Below, one piece after another: positions 22,001 to 30,999 of a stretch of DNA of 39,015 bases (positions are counted from its first letter, which is position 1; the number at the start of each line of letters is the position of its first letter). The translations under genes and the position numbers were made by a program. This DNA is from Stramenopiles sp. TOSAG23-2 (Eukaryota), in NCBI GenBank assembly GCA_900128395.1, contig LT649314.1:1-39015 (forward strand), written 5' to 3'. The notes under the pieces were generated by a model. The model was given only the letters and a program-made list of their open reading frames with translations. It searched no databases and had not been told where the DNA came from.

Positions 22001-23240
22001 GGAAGAATATAGAAGCCGTGTACGTGAAGTAAAAGTTCCACTAAGTATGGTTCGTATTATCATTGGCAAGAAAGGTGCAAATATCAAAAAATTACAAAGC
22101 AGTACAAAACTTAAATTTGATATTATTCGTGGGCAAAGTACAGCCTTGGTTAGGATGCAAGGGGATAAGGAAAGATTACAATTAGGTGTAGATGCTATAA
22201 ATGAAATGGTTGTTCAATTCAAAAAAGAAAATGTAGAAATGTCATATGATCCAGAAGCAGCAAGGGTTATCATTGGTTCAAAAGGTGCTACTATACGTCG
22301 ATTGCAAGAGGAAAGTGGAACGAGAATCGATTTAACAGATAAAGGATCTGGTTTATTGACTATTCAAGGAAAACCAGAGGCAATTGAGATCGCAAAAAAA
22401 TTGTTAAAAGAGACATTGGAAAAGGCTGGATTTGCGGACGATGTGGAGACTGTTGATGTTGATGTTCATCCACAAGATATTGGTAGTATTATTGGTAAAG
22501 GTGGTTCAACAATACGAGAAATTGAATCTACATCTGGCGCAAAGGTAAAAGCCAATAAAGAAGGTGGAATAGTTAGTATACGTGGTCGCCCCGCTGAAGT
22601 TGAATCGGCTACGGCGCAAGTGAATGCAATTGTTCAAAAAAATAAATCAGAAAGGGATGCACAAATGGAGGAAAGAAAGCGTTTACGTGCTGAGCAGCAA
22701 GCAGCTAATGCTGGAAACGACGGTGGAAATGGCAGTGATGCAAATAATGGACAAAACGATGATAAAGATGATTCAAACGATAATACAAGAACAGTAACGA
22801 AGCCGGCATGGATACCTGGAATGTCAGAAAGCGATCGTTTACAAGCACAAAATACAAATGGACAAATTATGTCTAAAGCAGCATTGAAAAATAAACAAAA
22901 ACGTGAAAGGAAAAAAGTAGCAGCACAATCATCAAGAGCAGGTGTTGAATCTCTTTTGTTCATGGGTAACGAGGCAACATCAAACGGTACAAATGATAAT
23001 GGGCGTGATTATGTGCCACAAGTAGATATACGAGGACCCCCACCTGGATTCAATAAATCTGCTGAAGAAGATTTAGGTAGTGCAACTGTTCGAGATGCAC
23101 TTAAAAATTTAGGTTTTGGTTTAGATGGTAGTATGGATAGTTTTAGTTCTAGTAGTTCACAAAATAATGGTAAAAAAACAAATAATAACAACTCTAGTGG
23201 TATGCAGTATTCTGGATTAGGATATAATTTAAGATTGTAA
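19068..23240 (+). CDS. Vigilin/Scp160-like multi-KH RNA-binding protein with N-terminal coiled coil
   Basis: 12 canonical GxxG KH motifs (e.g. IIGKGGANI) plus about 3 degenerate repeats; 1390 aa. Confidence 0.85.
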   Translation: MDNPTAILEMIRQRRRNTESEIDLLRVDIKSLDAAFVNLRSQPPPRPSVPADKIDSDIARLEHRRNTESMSLPAEKKILKEIEKIRSMRRAHEVMKSYNKKMDDLRARKDTNYDRLRTLRDALDELKKAEAKLIVCERLGGVVQPSELVEDSISLENNTDKIGPIVGKGGGTLRQKESEYGVSIDIDRKQNAINLLGTEEGVAKVKVWINNIFAAEEHDIKITEDLLRLLIVRKGERMKEIQSEYGVRVDLIRDELKIRVRGVVKSINKVKGYIANLKDMTIAVPVASQLLPKLVGKKGVALKAFEEEFKVDVQVDRENEVFKLSGDNDALENAKAGLEKLIETYTEHEKVYELEAGMTPAIIGKGGANIQKIQNESGTYVNVIRAKDREDGVDSDSIVVRGTNEALAKVDVLINEFLVLFKKENQVITFPPSLTSLIVGKKGATVTKIQKENEVNIDVKRDEGEIRIRGTEENVVNAIAALKAILDSYESITMTGTSDELGSIIGKAGVNVKKLTEESGANIKVNREKGTIIISGEKDKVEKAKTDITVLLEKYKKENMQINVNADFIPALIGKGGENIKKLRKELGLSIDLGAKGSGAITLRGEEELIIKAKETLLNLAAKYEKENVIVRIRPDAYSALIGKSGATIQSIQKETNTQIDVRREKNEVRVRGDNEENVKAAVERVTEIAGESDDVISVDVALPENTNAIAVVVGKKGASAMRLQNEFHVSLNIIRDENKVVLRGMKDDVERAKTEVEKIVREQVRITKELIIPETAVAEIIGKSGANIKQLTSSTGAFIDVLRPDDERNTSKNNEHIVRIRGTTDAVDKAFVAIQAIAGVMEDDQMIVAPHHMELLKKQEKLKLQRIQNSMDVEIALDVESGTVHFTAKDKDTHTRARAEVKALLQFFFPKEFSRVVLKPEVFAATFPKGETGAKLSELAEDSNGAMFELDRNQCVVHVMGDETQVELGLVKLKALEEEYRSRVREVKVPLSMVRIIIGKKGANIKKLQSSTKLKFDIIRGQSTALVRMQGDKERLQLGVDAINEMVVQFKKENVEMSYDPEAARVIIGSKGATIRRLQEESGTRIDLTDKGSGLLTIQGKPEAIEIAKKLLKETLEKAGFADDVETVDVDVHPQDIGSIIGKGGSTIREIESTSGAKVKANKEGGIVSIRGRPAEVESATAQVNAIVQKNKSERDAQMEERKRLRAEQQAANAGNDGGNGSDANNGQNDDKDDSNDNTRTVTKPAWIPGMSESDRLQAQNTNGQIMSKAALKNKQKRERKKVAAQSSRAGVESLLFMGNEATSNGTNDNGRDYVPQVDIRGPPPGFNKSAEEDLGSATVRDALKNLGFGLDGSMDSFSSSSSQNNGKKTNNNNSSGMQYSGLGYNLRL

Positions 23241-23755
23241 AAGGAGGCGAGATTTGGTAAAAAGAAGAAAGAGGAGGAAACTGAGAGAGAAAATGTGTGT
23301 GTTGTAAAAACGGCCGGGGCCCTCTTCTTTTTATTTTTAATATCATACTCGTGTACACTTCGCAATATAAAATATATATCAGTATACATATAATTTGATG
23401 GTTAAAATCTAAGTTATGCATATATTATAATATTTTTACACTTCTCGTGTTAAAGTAAAATATGATATGCTCAATACTCAATCGCAAGAATAATATGTTA
23501 TCCTACTATAGTAAAGCTACATATATATCATATATGTTTTAAACTTTAATTTTATATAAAAAACAAAAACAAAAAATAAATACGTACTCGTAAAAAATGT
23601 TTCTTTTTTTCTTTTTACCAAGCGCGTGTATAATATTATATATCAAATATATACGAAGCGTTCGTACATATATATATGATATAAAATATCATATATTATG
23701 GTCATACACCCATATATTCGTCCAAACTTCTTTTCTTCTCGCTCTTCTTTTTTTC

Positions 23756-25573
23756 CTAATCAACTTTAATATTACGATATATAGTTGTCACAAACCATTT
23801 ACCACCAATAACACCAACTGTTCCACATAACAATGCCATCGTGAAACAAAATAAAAATGTATACCCAAAATAAAAAGCCGTTTGCAAGAAACCATGCATA
23901 TGCGTTTTAAAGAAAAAGTAATACACACTATAAAGAAATACATAAAGGGCAGTCGATGCACCAGATAAAAATGCTGTCCACCACCATCTCCAATCCTCTG
24001 CATTTAACATGAAATATGTCGTAACAATCGTTACACATGATGTTACAATGAAAAGGATGATATAAACCAATAATGCAAATCCATATACATAATAAAATTT
24101 ATAATTCCAAAAAGATGTAAAAATGAACCACATTTCAATGAAAATACTTCCAAATGGGAGAAGCCCAGTAATTGGAATGAGAAAACTACGTCGTGTGTAC
24201 CAAGGCCCTTCAGGTATTGGGCGTGGAAAAGCGTTGATTCTACATGGCCAATCAGATTTACCAGCCCACTGACGGCCCAATATGGTCCCACCTAAATTCA
24301 ACGGCAATGATACAAACAACCAAATTAATACCATTGTTACAACGGCAGAGCTAGGCAAAGTATGAGTACCATATGCCAACCCAATGGAATTTAAACCTAA
24401 TATTACAGCAGCAGCAGTTGCTGGTACAATCGAACCTGTTAAAATAAATACTTTGATCCAACCAGGTGCAGGATTTGGGTAAAAGTGTTGTTTGTAAAAA
24501 CTACCACTATAATATCCAGCCATGAACGAGGTCAAAGACCAACTAGCAATGAATGTTGATGCTACCGCACCACGTTCCGAATAAAGTTCACTTATAATTG
24601 ACAATACAATCATAACAGCAAACATGAATATGATTTGATATCCTGCTCCAATGAAAACGGTGAACAACAATATATGATTTGGCTTTCTAAACACATCCCC
24701 ATGTACTTGCTTCCAACCAGCTTCTTCCCCAACACCACGTTCAGTAGTATCTAAATCATCTTCATCACGCATGTATTTTGCATAATCGTTCCTTAACGTG
24801 CGCAACAAGATCAATGCAACTAATCCGACTAAGAAGACAACCATCATGAAGGAATTGAAAATGGAAAACCAATGAATTTGATGCTCGAAAAATGAATTAT
24901 CCAAATATCGATTGAATCGAGTTTTAAAATCTTTACCTGTATCTTTCCACGTAACTGAATAGCTAAATTTCATTTGTGCCCCTTCTTTAATTTCAACTGG
25001 TAATTTAGAAGTTAAGTTCACTTCGATAATTTGTCCATTGTTTCTTGATATGCTAATTTCTTTTTTCGTATATACATACGTACGCAAAGTATCAGCACTT
25101 ACTAATTCATCATTTGCATGAGTTTTCGAACCTTCACCTTGCACTTGCCCAACCATACCCCAAACTGGCAAGTCATCTAAATACAACTGGTACCAATAAT
25201 GATGGCGTACTGCATAACGAAAATGTTCTGCATCTTCTTTTGTTAACGTGGATGTACATAATGAATTACTACTAACTTCTTCTCCAAAATGTATAGCAAT
25301 CCCACTTTGAACGAAACCATGGCCTTCTAGCACTTCTCCTAACCCACCATATTTCGCTTCTGGTAAGTCTGCAGGCACATCCGTTGGTTTGCAAAATGGT
25401 AAGCTGAAATACGTATATGTTTCTTGTGGATTATGATACGGACCAACTTTATTTAACCACAAATATACATTTTCTTTTTCTTGATATACATGCGTTTCTT
25501 CATCAGCTATTATAATATTCAAATTGATAAAAACAATTAAACATACAATTGATAATATTATATTTACTTTCAT
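23756..25573 (-). CDS. TM9SF3: Transmembrane 9 superfamily protein (EMP70 family, TM9SF3/TMN1-like)
   Basis: NKVGPYHNPQETY, IHWFSIFNS, GWKQVHGDVFR, GLLPFGSIFIE, and C-terminal IYRNIKVD (KxD motif). Confidence 0.92.
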   Translation of the reverse strand: MKVNIILSIVCLIVFINLNIIIADEETHVYQEKENVYLWLNKVGPYHNPQETYTYFSLPFCKPTDVPADLPEAKYGGLGEVLEGHGFVQSGIAIHFGEEVSSNSLCTSTLTKEDAEHFRYAVRHHYWYQLYLDDLPVWGMVGQVQGEGSKTHANDELVSADTLRTYVYTKKEISISRNNGQIIEVNLTSKLPVEIKEGAQMKFSYSVTWKDTGKDFKTRFNRYLDNSFFEHQIHWFSIFNSFMMVVFLVGLVALILLRTLRNDYAKYMRDEDDLDTTERGVGEEAGWKQVHGDVFRKPNHILLFTVFIGAGYQIIFMFAVMIVLSIISELYSERGAVASTFIASWSLTSFMAGYYSGSFYKQHFYPNPAPGWIKVFILTGSIVPATAAAVILGLNSIGLAYGTHTLPSSAVVTMVLIWLFVSLPLNLGGTILGRQWAGKSDWPCRINAFPRPIPEGPWYTRRSFLIPITGLLPFGSIFIEMWFIFTSFWNYKFYYVYGFALLVYIILFIVTSCVTIVTTYFMLNAEDWRWWWTAFLSGASTALYVFLYSVYYFFFKTHMHGFLQTAFYFGYTFLFCFTMALLCGTVGVIGGKWFVTTIYRNIKVD

Positions 25574-25915
25574 ATTGTCGTAGATATGTATGTATATATA
25601 ATGTATATAATTTATGTTTTGTTTTGTTCTTCAGGAAATTGTATTTTGTATAGATTATTATTATTCTTTATTTTTTTTATAAGAATTGGATCGTATGAAT
25701 ATATTTTTATAAGTTTTTCCCTTGTGCTTTCAATAATCTCTTTTTTTAAATTTACTTTTGGAATTATTATATTAGTACGTGTGTATTTATATATATTTGA
25801 TATATTTATCTGTCTATATAGTGCTATATATCAGGATATATATATATAAATATTAATAAATATATATTTTTTATGATGGGATGATTTATTCAATTTTCTT
25901 CTTTTTGTTATATTT

Positions 25916-25934
25916 TACCTGGTATTACCTGGTA
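25916..25934 (+). promoter_or_regulatory. Recurrent quasi-palindrome TACCTGGTA (two copies here; also 5668, 5699, 18843, 34127, 34134)
   Basis: Seven intergenic copies in four upstream regions; one copy seen in a CDS (12925). Confidence 0.45.
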
Positions 25935-26055
25935 TAATATTATTATAATCAGGGGATGATTTGTAGCTTTTTATGCGGTGGTGATGATGTGTGATCCAAG
26001 TTAAAGTGATGATGGAGATATTTATGAAATAGGGATCAGAGATGCTGTGTTATGG

Positions 26056-26064
26056 TAGTCGTCT
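26056..26064 (+). promoter_or_regulatory. Recurrent intergenic motif TAGTCGTCT (also 10129-10137, 18656-18664 and reverse complement 3074-3082)
   Basis: Four exact copies, all intergenic and upstream of a gene. Confidence 0.5.
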
Positions 26065-26425
26065 AATATGAACCAAATCAATGCTATGTCAATAATGTGC
26101 TCAATTCGTGAGATCTTGGGGGGAAAATATCTATTGTACCTTTAGAATACTAAAATGAATACTTAAATAAATAACACTATATAAGATTAAATGATAGGAC
26201 CTAACATAAACCAAAATACATACTACATTTTCAAAAATTTTTTTGAATTTATTATAGATATTATTATATTTAGATATAGATATCTGAATAGGTTGTTGTG
26301 GAGACAGTATATCATAGATACCATATAGATATATAAGATATATATATAGATATATATTACATATTTAATAAGAACAAAAATTTAGTAAAGAACGAAAGAA
26401 ATATTGTAATAAAGATTAAAAGAAT

Positions 26426-29400
26426 ATGTCTTCAGCAGAGAATACCCCATCTAGAAAACGAAGACGGGATGAAGATGGTGAGGAAGGGGACGCGCAAGAA
26501 GATACTAATGATAATAATAATAATAATAATAATGTTCAGGAGACAACAAGTACTACAACACTAACGACTACTACAGGAGAAAATGTGGACAATAGTCAAG
26601 CAATAGTACCATTAAATAATAACTTTGTGAATGACGAAGATAATAATAATAATAATAATAATAATGATGATGATGAGGATGGGAACGATAATACGGAACG
26701 TAGACCACGTCGTCGTCGTCGTCGTGGTGGTTTGAATTTAGACGGCAGAAACCTGAACAATAGCGATGATGAAAATGCTGAGGGAGGAGATGATATTAGC
26801 AATGACAGACGCCAACGTCAAATACGTGCTCAAGATGATGACGAAGGTGATGGCGATGATCTTCACGAAGAAGGTTACGTAGCTGATTACCGCGCACTGC
26901 CGCTTTTGGATACATATGAAGGACGTGGTATTGATCGACGGGAATATGAACGTATCTCGGAAGATGCAAGGTTAGCAGCAGAGGCTGAAATGCGTCAACG
27001 AGACCGCAGTGAAATGAGGCATAAAGGTGTTCGTTTACCATTAGCATTGCAAGATACCGACGATGAAGGGTCAGAGCTAGAACCGTCCTTGCAACGTCGT
27101 CGAATGGCAGAAAGAGCTGCGGGTGAAGTAGAATTCGATGAGGATGACATTCAATTTGCATTGGATGATTTTTCTGTGCCTTTAAAAGAATGGATTGCAC
27201 AAGAAAGGCCACGACGTGAGATTAAGAAGAAATTCCGCCATTTCTTACGTGCCTATTTGGATGAAGGGCAACATAACGTGTATGACGAACGTATACGTGC
27301 CATGTGTGCAGCGAATGAACAAAGTTTAGAAGTGAGCTATTTGCATTTAAGTCGCCACACGCCATTGCTTGCAATTTGGCTTGCTGATGCACCGAAAGAT
27401 ATGTTGGCCATTTTTAACGAAGTTACGGGTGATGTTGTTTTGCAACAATTTGTGGATTATGGTGAAATTCACGATGAAATTTTCGTACGGATCACTGACT
27501 TGCCAATTCGCGATAATTTAAGAGAGTTGAGACAAGTGCATTTAAATGCATTGATTAAAGTTGGTGGTGTTGTTACTAGACGAACAAGCGTTTTTCCACA
27601 AATTAAAACTGTACGCCATAGATGTACAAGATGTCAATACGTTACAGATCCAGTTCAAGTGCAAGGGGATGGGAATATCTATGGTCCTGATAGTTGTCCT
27701 AATTGTGAAGGCCCTGCACCAGTTGTTGACTATCAAAAAACGTTGTACCGCAACTATCAGCGCTTGACGCTACAAGAAAGCCCAGGAACAGTACCTGCAG
27801 GGCGTGTGCCAAGACATAAGGATGTCATATTAGTTGGTGATTTGATCGATAAGGCAAGGCCTGGTGAAGAAATTGAAGTGACTGGTATTTATATGAATTC
27901 CTACGATATACGTATGAACGCCATGCAAGGTTTTCCAGTGTTTTCAACGGTGATTGAAGCAAATTTCTTGCAGAAAGGCGAAACGATGATGGCAAGACAT
28001 TTATTAACGGAGGAAGATAAACGTAATATTCGTGATCTTGCACGGGATCCAAGGATAGGGGAGCGTATTGTTGATAGTATTGCACCTTCCATTTTTGGAT
28101 TGAAGAAAGTTAAGCGCGCTATTACCCTTTCTATGTTTGGTGGCAGAGAAAAAAATATCAATAACAAACATCATGTTCGGGGCGATATAAATTGTCTCAT
28201 TATGGGCGATCCTGGTTGCGCGAAATCTCAGTTTTTAAAATACGTTGAAAAAACTGCACCGCGTACTGTTTATAGTACTGGCAAAGGCGCATCCGCCGTT
28301 GGTTTAACCGCGGCCGTGCAAAAGGATCCAGTGACAAAAGAGTGGACATTAGAAGGTGGTGCATTAGTCTTAGCAGATCGTGGTATTTGTTTGATTGACG
28401 AATTTGATAAAATGAACGATGCCGATCGTACAAGTATTCACGAGGCGATGGAGCAGCAATCAATATCGATTTCGAAAGCTGGTATCATTACCACGTTGAA
28501 GGCACGATGTGCTATTATTGCAGCTGCAAATCCAATCGGTGGACGGTATGACCCACAACGTACGTTTGCTGAAAATGTCGAATTGACAGATCCTATTTTA
28601 TCTCGTTTTGATAATTTATGTGTTTTAATTGATGAGGTGAATCCAGTTCTAGATGAACGTTTAGCAAAATTTGTTGTTGGAAGTCATATTCGATCTCATC
28701 CTTCATATAATTTGGATGATCAAGATGACGAAGAATTCGATGAAGGGAATGGCAACAATGATGATTCAAAAACACCAAAAAAAAAGAATAGCAACGAGAA
28801 TAATAATAATAACAATAACAACAACGCAAATAATAATAATAATGATACAGCGACAAATATAGCACCAGATGGTGGTGCAATCATTAGTAGTAGTAATAAT
28901 GAAAACAACAATGGTGAGAATAATAGCAATAATGAAAACAATAATAGCAACAACAAAGCATTACCGTCGCTTTCACCAAAAACACCAGGGAAAGAAAAAG
29001 GTATTATTGATGATTCTGGACAAGAAACCATACCACAAGATTTATTGCGAAAATACATTATGTTTGCACGTGCTGAAATTAAACCTCAACTACAAAATAT
29101 CGACCAAGAAAAAGTAAAGAAGTTGTATGCTGACTTGAGAAGAGAATCATCTCAAGCTGGTGGTGTTCCAATTACTGTACGTAACATAATCCTGCTGATA
29201 ATCCTGCACCGTGTGATAATCCTGCACCGTGTTTGTGGAGTAAAATCCTGCACCGTGCAAGGCACCAGCTTCTTGAAACTCACGCACACGCACGCACGCA
29301 CACACACAGACATTCTACCTACATATGTATAATATTACTACATCATAAATATTGTTTCGTTTCAATAAAACAATAACAACTAACATTATAATCTATCTAT

Positions 29401-29887
29401 CTATCTATTTTTTATACAGGTACGGCACATCGAATCCATCATGAGGATGGCTGAGGCCCATGCTAAAATGCATTTGCGTGAATATGTTCGGGATGATGAT
29501 TTAGATATGGCAATACGTGTTATGATTGAGAGTTTCATTGATAGTCAGAAATATTCCGTTCAACGTACATTGCAACGTAAATTTAGAAAGTATTTAGTTT
29601 ATAAGAAACATAATAACTCATTAATTATGCACATATTGAACCAATTAGTAGCTGAGCAACAAGCTTTCCAACAAATGAGGAGTGATATTCGATCCCGTAA
29701 AAATTCAGCAAACAATCGTTTGACTAGTTATGAAGATGATTTTGTAGAAATTCGTTTGGATGATTTAGAAGCAAAAGCAAGAGAGTATGAAATTCATGAT
29801 TTGAGCCAATTTTATAAATCCAATGCATTTAAAGGCCATAATTTTACAATTGATGCTAGGAGGAGAGTTGTTAAACATAGTGTATGA
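26426..29887 (+). CDS. MCM2: DNA replication licensing factor MCM2; join(26426..29176,29420..29887), 1072 aa
   Basis: Acidic N-terminal extension, C4 zinc finger, LQESPGTVPAGRVPR, GDPGCAKSQ, IDEFDKM, SRFD. Splicing restores PITVRHIESIMRMAEAHA. Confidence 0.96.
29177..29419 (+). other. Spliceosomal intron of MCM2, 243 nt
   Basis: GTACGT donor, ACTAAC branch point, TACAG acceptor; the phase-0 join restores a conserved MCM motif. Confidence 0.92.
29186..29257 (+). repeat. ATCCTGCACCGTGT-family array 1 (MCM2 intron)
   Basis: Units such as TGATAATCCTGCACCGTG (18 bp) and a 26-bp variant ending TTTGTGGAGT. Confidence 0.95.
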
Positions 29888-29889
29888 TA

Positions 29890-30003
29890 GGAGTAAAATC
29901 CTGTGATAATCCTGCACCGTGTGATAATCCTGCACCGTGTTTGTGGAGTAAAATCCTGCACCGTGTTTGTGGAGCGTAGCGTATTGACAATACGACAATA
30001 TTG
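29890..30003 (+). repeat. ATCCTGCACCGTGT-family array 2 (immediately after the MCM2 stop)
   Basis: Same units plus the tail GCGTAGCGTATTGACAATACGACAATATTG. Confidence 0.95.
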
Positions 30004-30460
30004 GCAAAAATATTGAATAATATTTAAAAAAAAAACATTACGAGTACGAAATATTATAAGAGTACAAAAAAATTGTGTATCTCCCAGATCTCTCGCACTC
30101 CTGGCACTCTCCTGATCTATCTTCTTTCCTTGTCAGGGTACCGGTATAATACTGGAAAATCTCTGGTGTCCAGAGTACTCCAGATCTGCACATCTCATAC
30201 TGTGGATATAATTTTTACACGGCACACGCCCCTGTAATTCCATGCTAATATATTTGGTAGTGTCTAGTACAAAAGATATAGGTGACACACGCTTTTTTTT
30301 TTTCCATTTCGGCCCGGAAAATAAATTAACACTACACAGTATTAAAATTGTTATACAAAAATCTTTATAAAATATTAATAATATATATATTTATTAATTA
30401 TCACACACAAATATCTATATGTACACATCTCAGTAATAATTTAAAAAATAATATTTTTAG

Positions 30461-30978
30461 TGCAGGATATTATCGACACTCCAGGATTTTACTCCACAAA
30501 CACGGTGCGGGATTTTTAAAATCCTGCATGGTGTTTGTTGTAGTATTGTAATGCTCAATATTGTCGTATTGTCAATACGCTACGCTCCACAAACACGGTG
30601 CGGGATTTTTAAAATCCTGCACGGTGCAGGATTATCACACGGTGCAGGATTTATAGCGAGCGAAGCGAAGCCGTATGTGACAATACGATCGATGTTTGTA
30701 TATATATATATATATATTACATGTTAGAGAGATTCATTTATTGAAAAATCCTGAAAAATCATGCACCGTGTTTGTTGTCGTATTGTATTGTCAATATTGT
30801 CGTATTGTCAATACGCTACGCTCCACAAACACGGTGCAGGATTTTACTCCACAAACACGGTGCAGGATTATCACACGGTGCAGGATTATCACACCGTGCA
30901 GGATTATCAATACACAAACACGGTGCAGGATTATCACACGGTGCAGGATTTTACTCCACAAACACGGTGCAGGATTTT
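30461..30978 (-). repeat. ATCCTGCACCGTGT-family array 3 (3' of the dioxygenase), including ~90-bp fold-back units
   Basis: Many ACACGGTGCAGGAT copies on the + strand; fold-back unit 30755-30845 has 21-bp arms with 1 mismatch. Confidence 0.95.
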
Positions 30979-30999
30979 AAACGCGGAGCAGATAATTAT

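Noticed and set aside
875-28880. Numerous short antisense or overlapping ORFs inside the main genes
   Set aside because: They are shadow frames of low-complexity or codon-biased genes with no independent motifs.
29177-29332. ORF-track C-terminus of MCM2 (ILLIILHRV...) and the ORFs at 29765-31110 and 31776-32030
   Set aside because: These are read-through into intron or repeat sequence; the peptides are translations of the repeat.
29177-29424. GTACG at both the MCM2 intron start and the exon 2 start, read as an introner target-site duplication
   Set aside because: This is explained by an ordinary donor consensus plus Val-Arg codons; the intron has no terminal inverted repeats and the three introns do not share ends.
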